DNA of 64,000 nt, from assembly GCA_016222825.1 (NCBI GenBank), contig JACRQF010000014.1:419300-483299 (forward strand), given 5' to 3'. Under the pieces are notes generated by a model. That model was not told the origin of the DNA. It did no database searches and saw only the letters and a program-made list of their open reading frames with translations. The stretch comes from Verrucomicrobiota bacterium. Lineage in GTDB: Bacteria > Verrucomicrobiota > Verrucomicrobiia > CAIQCK01. Below, piece after piece: positions 55,499-64,000 of this stretch. Position 1 is the stretch's first letter. Each line of letters opens with the position of its first letter. Both the position numbers and the translations under genes were made by a program.

Positions 55499-57676
55499 GT
55501 GAACTGGTTGAGCAAAACGAAGTGGGCTGCAAGCTGCCTGACGGCGGTTTCGTTGCTGGCGTGGCCGTCGGATTCGCCGGCCCAGAGCGCGCTGGCGCCG
55601 CCGCCGGTCTTGTCCGTGCTCACCAACGTCGTGCAGGTCAAGCGGCTCTCAACCAAAGAGGCCGAGCGGCATCATCCGGTGCGGCTGCGCGGCGTGGTGA
55701 CGTATTTCGAGTGGAACCCGGACTGGCAGCTCTACACCGCCATCCTCCAAGACGAGACCGGCGGCATCTCCTTCTCGCCGGGCCGCACGGCCGCCGACGC
55801 GCTGAAGCTCAAGCCCGGCAATTTGGTCGAGATCGAGGGCATCTCCGCGCAGGGCCAATTCGCGCCGGAAGTCCGCGGGACGGGGAAGTTCGGCTCCGCG
55901 GTGCGCGCGAAGGTGCTCGGCCCCGCGCCCGAACTCGAACCGCAGGCGCTCACGCCGGAACAAATGGCCAACCCGTTCAACCAGGACGAATGGGTCGAGG
56001 TGAAAGGCGTCGTGCGCCGCGTCACGAGCCGCGCGGGACCGAAGGCGAGCGGGCGAGTCATGGTGGACTTCAGCACCGCCAGCGGCACGTTCCGCGCCAT
56101 CGTGCCGACGCAGACCGCGCCGATCAACGCGCCGACCAACCTCGTTGGCGCGGCGGTGTCAGTGCGCGGGGTGTTTGCCGGTATCTACAACGAGAAGCGC
56201 CGGATCGTCGGCGCGCACCTGATGGTGTCATCGTTGAGCCACATCATCGTGGAGGAGGCGGGCGCGGACGCGGCGTTCAAAATGCCTCTGTTGACAGCTT
56301 CGTCGTTGATGCAGTTCCGCCCGGACATGTCCTCGCGCGTCCACGTCAGCGGCGTGGTCACGCTGTTCGAGCCGGGCAGCCACCTTTACTTGCGCGACAA
56401 CACGGGCGCGCTTCGCATCGAGACGCCGGAGACAAGTTTCTTCCGGCCGGGCGACCGCGTCGAGGTCGTCGGCTTTCCCGCGTTCAGCGACGGCGCGCCG
56501 CTGCTGCTGAATGCGTTCCTGAAGAAGACCGGCAGCGGCCCTCCGCCCAAGCCGAAGACCATCACGATCGCCCAAGCCAGCAGCGGCGAGTTTGACGGCG
56601 AGTTGGTGCGGTTGGACGGCGTGCTGCTGGATCAACTGAAACGGCCCGAAAACGTGATCCTGATGTTGCAGAGCGGCGACACGGTGTTCTCGGCGCACTT
56701 CGCCGAGGGCGCGGCAAAGACCAACGCGCCCTCGCTGATGCTGGACAGTTGGGTGCAGATCTCCGGCGTGTGTTTGAACCAGTTCCGCTACTCGCCCGAA
56801 CCACGCCCGAAACCTCCCCAGTGGCGGCCGGTGTCGTTCCACGTCGTGCTGCGCAGCCCGCGCGACGTGACCTTGTTGCGCGAGCCGCCCTGGTGGACGC
56901 CGGAGCGCATCGTGTGGGGAATGGGCCTGCTGGCGGCGGCGATTTTTGTGGTGCTGGCGTGGGTGGTGGTGTTGCGCCGGCAGGTGACGGCCCAGACGCG
57001 CGTCATCCAGCAGAAGGTCCAGCGCGAAGTGCTGATGGACGAGCGTTCGCGCATCGCGCGCGACCTGCACGACACACTCGAACAACAACTCGCGCTCATC
57101 GGCGTGCAGATTGACTCCTCGCTTGCGCGGCTCGCCGAGGCGCCCGCGCTGGCGCGCAAGTCGCTCGAACTGGCCCTCGCCGTCGTCCGCCACACGCACG
57201 AGGAGGCGCGGCGGTCGGTCTGGGATTTGCGCTCGGTGGCGCTGGAACAGGGAGGGGTGGCCGAGGCGCTGCGGCAACTGGCCGCGGCCGACGACGACGC
57301 GCAGCACAAGGTCCGGATCACCACCCGCGGCGAGCCGCGGCGGTTGCCGGTCCTGGTGGAAACCAACCTGATGCGCATCGCGCAGGAAGCCGTCACCAAC
57401 GCCATCAAGCACAGCGGCGGCTCCCGCATTGAGGTGAGTCTCGATTACGGCTCGCGTGAGGTGACGTTGCGCGTGCGCGACGACGGCCGCGGTTTCGACC
57501 CCGAGAAGGTCATGCCGGCCAGTAGTGGCCGGTTCGGCCTCATGGGCATGCGCGAGCGCGCGGAAAAAATGAACGCCGTGTTTGCATTGTCGAGCCAGCC
57601 GGGGCAGGCTACGGAAATCGCCGTCACCGTGCCGCTGACAAACGGCGCGACGGAAAACACAACGCCGACATCGTGA
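55499..57676 (+). CDS. Sensor histidine kinase (HisKA_3, NarX/DesK type) with tandem OB-fold-like extracytoplasmic repeats
   Basis: ERSRIARDLHDTLEQ, QEAVTNAIKHS, DDGRGF, GLMGMRER; PPWWT + TM helix; six VxVxGV-type repeats. Confidence 0.92.
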   Translation: MNWLSKTKWAASCLTAVSLLAWPSDSPAQSALAPPPVLSVLTNVVQVKRLSTKEAERHHPVRLRGVVTYFEWNPDWQLYTAILQDETGGISFSPGRTAADALKLKPGNLVEIEGISAQGQFAPEVRGTGKFGSAVRAKVLGPAPELEPQALTPEQMANPFNQDEWVEVKGVVRRVTSRAGPKASGRVMVDFSTASGTFRAIVPTQTAPINAPTNLVGAAVSVRGVFAGIYNEKRRIVGAHLMVSSLSHIIVEEAGADAAFKMPLLTASSLMQFRPDMSSRVHVSGVVTLFEPGSHLYLRDNTGALRIETPETSFFRPGDRVEVVGFPAFSDGAPLLLNAFLKKTGSGPPPKPKTITIAQASSGEFDGELVRLDGVLLDQLKRPENVILMLQSGDTVFSAHFAEGAAKTNAPSLMLDSWVQISGVCLNQFRYSPEPRPKPPQWRPVSFHVVLRSPRDVTLLREPPWWTPERIVWGMGLLAAAIFVVLAWVVVLRRQVTAQTRVIQQKVQREVLMDERSRIARDLHDTLEQQLALIGVQIDSSLARLAEAPALARKSLELALAVVRHTHEEARRSVWDLRSVALEQGGVAEALRQLAAADDDAQHKVRITTRGEPRRLPVLVETNLMRIAQEAVTNAIKHSGGSRIEVSLDYGSREVTLRVRDDGRGFDPEKVMPASSGRFGLMGMRERAEKMNAVFALSSQPGQATEIAVTVPLTNGATENTTPTS

Positions 57677-58305
57677 AGCTTGAACGCAAATTCCGCCTCC
57701 TGCTTGTGGACGACCACGCGGTCATCCGCATGGGCCTGACCGGCTCGCTCAACCTCGAACCCGACCTGACGGTGATCGCGGAGGCAGGCAAAGGCGGCCA
57801 AGCCATCGAACTCTACCGCAAACACCGGCCCGACGTGGTGCTGATGGATTTCCGGTTGCCGGACATGACCGGCGTCGAGGCGACCAAGGCCATCTGCCGC
57901 GAGTTTCCCGAAGCGCGCGTGCTCATGTTGACCGTCCACGAAGGCGAAGAGGACGTTTACCAAGCCATGCAGGCCGGCGCGTTGGGCTACGTGCAGAAAT
58001 CCATCGGTTGGCGCGAGCTGCTGGCGGCCATCCGCAGCGTCGCGGCGGGCGAGCGATACCTGCCGCCGGAACTTGCCGTGCGCCTCAAGGAACGCCTCAG
58101 CCGCGAGCCGCTGAGCGAGCGCGAACTGGAAGTGCTGCACCTCATCGTGCGCGGCCAGTCCAACAAGGAGATCGGCGTCTCCCTTGACATCTCCGACGTG
58201 ACCGTCAAACGTCACATCACCCACATCCTGGAAAAGCTGCGCGTCCTCGACCGCACCCAGGCCGCCATTGCCGCCATCCAGCGCGGCATCGTGCATCTGG
58301 ATTGA
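57673..58305 (+). CDS. NarL/LuxR-family response regulator
   Basis: LLVDDH, PDVVLMD, LSERELEVL, SNKEIG, TVKRH; overlaps the kinase stop. Confidence 0.95.
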   Translation: MKLERKFRLLLVDDHAVIRMGLTGSLNLEPDLTVIAEAGKGGQAIELYRKHRPDVVLMDFRLPDMTGVEATKAICREFPEARVLMLTVHEGEEDVYQAMQAGALGYVQKSIGWRELLAAIRSVAAGERYLPPELAVRLKERLSREPLSERELEVLHLIVRGQSNKEIGVSLDISDVTVKRHITHILEKLRVLDRTQAAIAAIQRGIVHLD

Positions 58306-58395
58306 TCCAACCAGAAGCGCCGAAGCCAGCCGCTCCGCGAAAGCCGCGAAGATTTGTTGGACAACCGCCGCGCGGAGGGTAGAAAGGGTGGCGTC

Positions 58396-59703
58396 ATGAG
58401 CAAACCATTGGTCATCGGTCTCATCGGTTTCGGCAACATCGGCAGTGGCGTTGTGCGCACGCTCGCCGAGCGCGCCGAACTCATCCATTCGCGCCTGCCG
58501 CGCCCCATCGTCCTCAAGACGGTCGCCGACAAGGACACCACGACGAAACGCAACGCGCCCTACCGCCCGGATCAGCTCGTCGGCGACGCCATGACCCTCA
58601 TCAACGATCCCGAAATCGAGGCTGTGATCGAGCTCGTCGGCGGGCTGGAGCCGGCTCGCACGTTTGTCGAGCGCGCCTTGCGCGCCGGCAAACACGTCGT
58701 GACCGCGAACAAGGCGTTGCTGGCCGTTCATGGGCCGGAGTTGATGGCGCTGGCGGAGGAGAAAGGTGTCGGCCTGCTCTTCGAGGCAAGCGTCGGCGGT
58801 GGTATTCCGATCATCCGCGCGCTGGAGCAGGGCCTCTGTGCCAACGAACTCACCAGCGTCCAGGGCATCCTTAACGGCACTTGCAACTACATCCTCACCC
58901 GCATGGGCGAGCGCGAGCTGCCGTTCGCGCAGGCGCTCGACGAGGCGAAGGCGCAGGGTTACGCCGAGCCGGACCCGACCTACGACATCGAGGGCTACGA
59001 CACCGCCCACAAGATCGCCATCCTCGCCTCGCTGGCCTTCGGGATGGACATCCGGTTCAAGGACGTCTTCACCCAGGGCATTACGCAACTGGAGCCGGCC
59101 GACATCAAGGCAGCGCGCGAGATGGGCTACACCATCAAGCTGCTCGGCATCGCCAAACGCGAGGCGGCCGGTGCACCCGCCGAGATCCGCGTGCATCCGA
59201 CGCTCATCCCGCTGAATTCGCCGCTCGGCAAAGTCAATGGCGTCTTCAACGGCATTCTGGTGAACGGCCGGCCCATCGGCACCACGATGTATTACGGCCG
59301 CGGCGCCGGCGCCGACGCGACCAGTTCCGCCGTAATCAGTGACCTGATGGCGCTCGCCGCTGATGAACGCGGCTTCAGCCGTTGGCGCGACAACCGCCTG
59401 CGAGTCCAGCCCGGCGTCAAAGTCATCAAGCCGATGGACGCACTGGAAACTCATTATTACATCCGCTTCACGATGGCCGACCGCCCCGGCGCGATGGCCA
59501 CCATCGGCCGTGCGCTTGCCGACCAGGGCGTCTCGATCCGTTCGATGATCCAGCACCAGAGCGACGATTCCGGCAACCGCCCCGCGACAATCTCGATCGT
59601 GACACACCTCGCGAAGGAAAAAGGCATCCAAGCTGCCATCGCGAGCATCGAAGGCCATGAGATGAGCGCCGCGAAGGCGTTCGTGTTGCGCGTGGAAGAG
59701 TGA
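58396..59703 (+). CDS. hom: Homoserine dehydrogenase with C-terminal ACT domain
   Basis: GFGNIG, VVTANKA, FEASVGGGIP, GILNGTCNYIL, GYAEPDPTYDIEGYD, YGRGAG, DRPGAMA. Confidence 0.96.
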   Translation: MSKPLVIGLIGFGNIGSGVVRTLAERAELIHSRLPRPIVLKTVADKDTTTKRNAPYRPDQLVGDAMTLINDPEIEAVIELVGGLEPARTFVERALRAGKHVVTANKALLAVHGPELMALAEEKGVGLLFEASVGGGIPIIRALEQGLCANELTSVQGILNGTCNYILTRMGERELPFAQALDEAKAQGYAEPDPTYDIEGYDTAHKIAILASLAFGMDIRFKDVFTQGITQLEPADIKAAREMGYTIKLLGIAKREAAGAPAEIRVHPTLIPLNSPLGKVNGVFNGILVNGRPIGTTMYYGRGAGADATSSAVISDLMALAADERGFSRWRDNRLRVQPGVKVIKPMDALETHYYIRFTMADRPGAMATIGRALADQGVSIRSMIQHQSDDSGNRPATISIVTHLAKEKGIQAAIASIEGHEMSAAKAFVLRVEE

Positions 59704-59743
59704 CCGCTTCGTGCGGAACGCCGGCCAACCGGCTAAACCGATC

Positions 59744-62479
59744 ATGCAAACCAACTGCGCCCGACTCCTCGGCGTCGTGGGGTGGCTGACACTCCTTGCG
59801 ACGATAACCTCCGCCTCTGACCTCTACATCGCCACCAACGGCGACGACGCATGGTCCGGCCATCTTGCCGTGCCAAACGCAGCCCGCACCGATGGACCGA
59901 AGGCGACTCTCGCCGGAGCGCGCGATGCCGTCCGAACAATCCAAAATCCAAAATCTAAAATCCAAAATCCTGCCACCGTCCACGTCCGCGGCGGCGCCTA
60001 CCGTCTCGACACGCCGTTCGTGCTGGAACCACAGGATTCCGGCGTCACGTTCGCGGCCTATCAGAAGGAGAGGCCTGTCTTCAGCGGCGGGCGCGTCATC
60101 ATCGGCTTCCGGCGGAACGGCAAGTTGTGGGAAGCCGAGATTCCCGAAGTGAAAGCGGGGCAGTGGTATTTCCGGCAGCTTTTCATCAACGGCCAGCGCC
60201 GCCAGCGGGCGCGCTCACCGAACGCCGGCTACTACCGCATCGCGTCACAGTTGCCGGGACCGCGCGACGCGCACGGCAAGGAAATCGCCCGCGAGAAGTT
60301 CGTCTTCAAAGCCGGCGATCTCCAACCGTGGGCGCGGCTCGGCGACGCGAACGTCGTGCTCATGCATTCGTGGGAAACCTCGATCCATCCGTTGAAGTCC
60401 GTGGATACCACCTCGAACATCGTCACATTCGCCGCGCCGCTGAAGGAATGGTGGTGCATCGGCTATTGGGAGAAGAACCAGCGTTACTACGTTGAGAACG
60501 CGCTCGAACTGCTCGACCAGCCCGGCGAGTGGTATCTGAACCGCGAGACCGGCGTGCTGAGCTACTGGCCGCTGCCCGGCGAGCGGCTCGGCAAGACCGA
60601 AGTCGTCGCGCCGCGGCTCACGGAATTGGTGCGGCTTGTCGGCAACGCTGACGAAGGCCGCTTTGTGCAGAACGTCACGCTGCGCGGGCTGGCATTTCAT
60701 CACAGCGACTGGGTGCTCGACCCGAAAGGCAACAGCAGCACGCAAGCGGCCGTCGAGGTGCCCGCGGCGGTGATGGCCGACGGCGCGCTCAACTGCGCAT
60801 TCGAGCGGTGCGAGGTCGCGCACGTCGGCACCTACGGCGTCTGGTTCCGGCGCGGCTGCAAGGATTGCCGCATCCAGCAGAATCGTCTCCACGACCTCGG
60901 CGCGGGTGGCATTCGCGTTGGCGAGGACAAGATGGCGAAGACCGACGCAGTCGAATCGAGCCGCACGCTCGTGGACAACAACCACATCTTTGACGGTGGG
61001 CGCGTTTACGCGGCGGGCGTCGGCATCTGGGTCGCGCAAAGCAGCCACAATCGGATTTCGCACAACGACATTCACGACCTGCTTTACAGCGGCATGAGCA
61101 TCGGCTGGAACTGGGGTCTCGAAACCAACCGCACGCACCACAACATCATCGAGTTCAACCACGTCCACGACTGCGCGCACGGCACGCTCAGCGACGCAGG
61201 CCTTATCTACACGCTCGGCGTTTCGCCCGGCAGCGTCATCCGCAATAACGTCCTCCACGACATCTGGCCCTACGGGCAGCCCGCGCTCGGCTGGGGCATC
61301 TACCTCGACGGTCAGACCGGCAACTACCTCGTCGAGAGCAACGTCGTCTTCAACACGCTCAGCGGCGGCCTCATGTTCAACAACGGCGGCCACGCGCACG
61401 TCATCCGCAACAACATTTTCGCCTTCTCCGCCAACCAGGCGCTCTGGCCCTACTCGGAGAAACGCCCCAGTGCGTTGCGCCGAAACATCGTCTTCCTGAC
61501 GCAAGGCTCGCTGCTCATCCCGCACGGCGAGCGTTCGCTCAACGAACGGCTCGCCGCGAAAGAGCCGCCGGGCGATTGGGACGAGAACGTCTATTGGCAC
61601 GCCGGCGGCGTCGACCAACTCCGTTTCTATCGCCGCACGTTCGAGGAATGGCAGGAGATCGGTCTCGACCGGCATTCGCTCATCGCCGACCCGCTGTTCG
61701 CCAACGCCGCGCGCCGCGACTTTCGCCTCAAGCCCGCCTCGCCCGCACTCAAGCTCGGTTTCCAGCCGATTGACACGAGCAGTGTCGGTCTTTACGGCGA
61801 CGCTGCGTGGGTGAATGAAGCGCGTCATGCCAAATGCCGCGTCCGCCCGCTCCCGCCGTCACCGCCTGCGCCGAAGCCGCTGACCGTGAACGACGACTTT
61901 GAGAAGACCGCCGGCGGCCTGCCGCCGGAAAATGCGCATGTGGACGGCGAGCAGAGCGGCGCGTCCATCCGCGTTAGCGACGAGCGCGCCGCCAGCGGCA
62001 AACGCAGCCTAAAGATTACCGACTCGAAGACACTCAAGCCGACGTGGCAACCGCATTTCTACTACACGCCGCATCTCACGGTCGGCACGGTGCGTGCGAG
62101 TTTCGATGTGTGGCTCGCGCCGGAAGCACAGTTCTTCACCGAGTGGCGCGACAGCGCCGCTTATCCGCAGAACGTCGGCCCCAGCATCGGCTTCAACGGG
62201 AACGGCTGGGTCAGCGCCGGCGGCAAGTCGCTGGCGCGAATGCCAGTCGGCGCGTGGTTCCACGTCGAGATCGAAGCGGTTCTCAGCAAGGATGGCCCGC
62301 GCACGTTCAAGCTGACTCTGACTCCGTCCGGTGGCGCACCGCAGGTCTTCAGTAACCTCCCGATTTCCGGCACTAACTTCCACGAAGTCCACTGGCTCGG
62401 CTTCAGCAGCACGGTCGAGGCGGACACGGCGTTCTATCTGGACAACCTGCGGATTACACAGACGACAAAAAAGAAGTGA
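59744..62479 (+). CDS. Secreted right-handed beta-helix glycoside hydrolase (GH141-like) plus C-terminal beta-sandwich
   Basis: YIATNGDDAWSG..DGPKATL, ENALELLDQPGEWY, SDAGLIYTLG, GIYLDG, IADPLF; ends FYLDNLRI. Confidence 0.8.
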   Translation: MQTNCARLLGVVGWLTLLATITSASDLYIATNGDDAWSGHLAVPNAARTDGPKATLAGARDAVRTIQNPKSKIQNPATVHVRGGAYRLDTPFVLEPQDSGVTFAAYQKERPVFSGGRVIIGFRRNGKLWEAEIPEVKAGQWYFRQLFINGQRRQRARSPNAGYYRIASQLPGPRDAHGKEIAREKFVFKAGDLQPWARLGDANVVLMHSWETSIHPLKSVDTTSNIVTFAAPLKEWWCIGYWEKNQRYYVENALELLDQPGEWYLNRETGVLSYWPLPGERLGKTEVVAPRLTELVRLVGNADEGRFVQNVTLRGLAFHHSDWVLDPKGNSSTQAAVEVPAAVMADGALNCAFERCEVAHVGTYGVWFRRGCKDCRIQQNRLHDLGAGGIRVGEDKMAKTDAVESSRTLVDNNHIFDGGRVYAAGVGIWVAQSSHNRISHNDIHDLLYSGMSIGWNWGLETNRTHHNIIEFNHVHDCAHGTLSDAGLIYTLGVSPGSVIRNNVLHDIWPYGQPALGWGIYLDGQTGNYLVESNVVFNTLSGGLMFNNGGHAHVIRNNIFAFSANQALWPYSEKRPSALRRNIVFLTQGSLLIPHGERSLNERLAAKEPPGDWDENVYWHAGGVDQLRFYRRTFEEWQEIGLDRHSLIADPLFANAARRDFRLKPASPALKLGFQPIDTSSVGLYGDAAWVNEARHAKCRVRPLPPSPPAPKPLTVNDDFEKTAGGLPPENAHVDGEQSGASIRVSDERAASGKRSLKITDSKTLKPTWQPHFYYTPHLTVGTVRASFDVWLAPEAQFFTEWRDSAAYPQNVGPSIGFNGNGWVSAGGKSLARMPVGAWFHVEIEAVLSKDGPRTFKLTLTPSGGAPQVFSNLPISGTNFHEVHWLGFSSTVEADTAFYLDNLRITQTTKKK
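59938..59970. repeat. Heptamer tandem repeat (AATCYAA)x4.7 in frame in a CDS
   Basis: AATCCAA AATCCAA AATCTAA AATCCAA AATCC, encoding IQNPKSKIQNP. Confidence 0.9.
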
Positions 62480-62491
62480 GAACGTGGCGCG

Positions 62492-64000
62492 CTATGGTTT
62501 TGGCGGCTTCCACCGCGTTGCCGCGATGTGCGTGATGCCGTCGCCGCAGGTGAAGTAGTAGATCGTCAGCAGTGTGCCATCCTCCGACTCCGTCGTGAGC
62601 GGGTAGCCGAGATCGGAGCCGCTGCGCTTGCCGTCGGCGCGCAACACAAACTCGCGTCCGATGTCCCACGTCCGCCCGCCGTCGCGACTCAGGCAGGCGC
62701 GGATGCCCATCGGCGCGCGGCGGTAGCCGTAGCTGCACAGCACGCGACCGTCGCGAAGCGTGAGCAGGTGCGCGGGATAGCCCCACATCGGCGTCTTCAC
62801 CGGCCGGCCCCACGTCTTTCCGCCATCATCGGAAACGGACTGGTAGAAAAAGCCGTGTCGGTCCGGGTCGGGCCGCATCATCGCCATGACGCGGCCATCG
62901 GGCAACTCGGCCAGCGCCGTCTCGTCGAAGCCGATCTCGCCTTCCTTTGCATCGGTCATAGGCTTGGCGATGGTCATCAATTCCCACGTCTCGCCGTCGT
63001 CGGCGGAGCGGAGCACGAAGCTCGTCGAGCGACCGCCGTCTTTGTGGCGGCCGTAAATCGCGTTCAGCCGCACGCCCGCGCGCGTTACGCACAATGCGGC
63101 GGAGTTGTAGTTCATCAGCGACAAGCCCGCTGGTGTAACGATGGGCGTGCGCTTGCCTTTCTCCTCACCACCGCGTCGCAGGAAACTGTAGGCGCCACTC
63201 AGATATGCCACGACGCCGGGCCGCACGTCGCGCACGGTCAGACCTTGTTCACGAAACTCCGCCGTCCGTTCCGCCGACACCTCGCGCCAACCGTAGGCCG
63301 AAGCGTAGGTCGTGCCGCCGTCGCGCCGCAGGAAGAGCGGATTCGTTACGCCCTTTTGTGCTGCTTGCCACGTGCGACCGCCGTCGCGCGAACAGTAAGC
63401 CGCGCCGCCGCCCGTGCCATCAATGTGCGAGCGCCGCACTCGCGTGCCGAAGCTGGTGAAGAGTGCGCCGTCGGGCAGCCGCATCAGGCCGGGGAAGCAG
63501 GCGTAAACATCGGGTTTCTTATAGACAACGATCTGCTCGACATTTTCTGTGAGCCGCGCCGCCGGCGTGTGCGTGCGATGCCGCACAAACTCCCACAGCG
63601 CCTCGCCCGTCGCCGCGCTGGACACGGAGCCGAAGCCGACGAGGTTGCGGCCATTGTGAGCTGGTTTCGTCAAGCCCGACGTCTCATCCACAACTTGTCG
63701 ACCATTCACCGACAAGGTGACGCGCGTGCCTCGCAGTTCCAACCGATAGGTGTGAAACGCATCGGCGGTGTTCATCGCGTGGCTGCGCCCGCCGTGGCCG
63801 AACTCGACGCGGTCGGGATAGAACGTCAGCGAGGTTTCGTTCGCGCCGTCGGCGGCCATCAGGATCACGCCGGCCTGCGCGCTACACGCGATGACTTTGA
63901 GCCGCGCCTCGACCACGCCGCCGAGAGAACTGTCCGCGTGCCATTGACGGTTGTAGAAGCGGAGTTGGCCCTTTGCCGTGCCACGGTTGCAGATGCGGAC
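62492..64000 (-). CDS. Sialidase-like BNR propeller with N-terminal lectin-like domain (5' end outside window)
   Basis: Frame open to 64000; SRDGGRTW (x2), SADDGETW, SDDGGKTW, YGYR, DLGYP. Confidence 0.82.
   Translation of the reverse strand, partial: VRICNRGTAKGQLRFYNRQWHADSSLGGVVEARLKVIACSAQAGVILMAADGANETSLTFYPDRVEFGHGGRSHAMNTADAFHTYRLELRGTRVTLSVNGRQVVDETSGLTKPAHNGRNLVGFGSVSSAATGEALWEFVRHRTHTPAARLTENVEQIVVYKKPDVYACFPGLMRLPDGALFTSFGTRVRRSHIDGTGGGAAYCSRDGGRTWQAAQKGVTNPLFLRRDGGTTYASAYGWREVSAERTAEFREQGLTVRDVRPGVVAYLSGAYSFLRRGGEEKGKRTPIVTPAGLSLMNYNSAALCVTRAGVRLNAIYGRHKDGGRSTSFVLRSADDGETWELMTIAKPMTDAKEGEIGFDETALAELPDGRVMAMMRPDPDRHGFFYQSVSDDGGKTWGRPVKTPMWGYPAHLLTLRDGRVLCSYGYRRAPMGIRACLSRDGGRTWDIGREFVLRADGKRSGSDLGYPLTTESEDGTLLTIYYFTCGDGITHIAATRWKPPKP

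Overview
GC-rich bacterial DNA whose gene content (DUF1501, DUF1549/DUF1553, PPC proteins, DUF1080, many sulfatases and BNR propellers, an OB-repeat sensor kinase) points to a PVC-superphylum organism, most likely Verrucomicrobiota (inference). No rRNA, tRNA, CRISPR array, integrase or transposase was recognised. Order of content: (1) a partial GH110-like beta-helix gene, araC and a large eukaryote-type NAD-glutamate dehydrogenase; (2) a 14 kb glycan locus with Tat-DUF1284, a nitrilase-family amidase, two tandem GH-like paralogs, a heparinase-like lyase with a propeller, DUF1080, a HExxH peptidase and two sulfatases; (3) an AT-rich orphan, a truncated sulfatase, a 44-aa basic small ORF, a deletion-frameshifted uup-type ABC-F, an esterase and dctA; (4) feoB plus a Cys-rich feoA behind a structured leader, then hpnH, an Sm-like ORF and an hpnG-like gene; (5) a GntR-led 15 kb sialidase/aldolase locus in which two proteins share an unnamed ~115-aa module; (6) a DUF1549/1553-DUF1501-2xPPC-propeller operon that lacks the usual CxxCH motif and carries Met-rich inserts, divergent from a two-component system; (7) hom, a GH141-like beta-helix gene and a partial BNR gene. 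Best leads: the heme-less Met-rich DUF1501 operon, repeats inserted in frame in proteins, the shared module, the feoB leader and four deletion scars. Family calls come from motif recognition by eye; no database searches were run.
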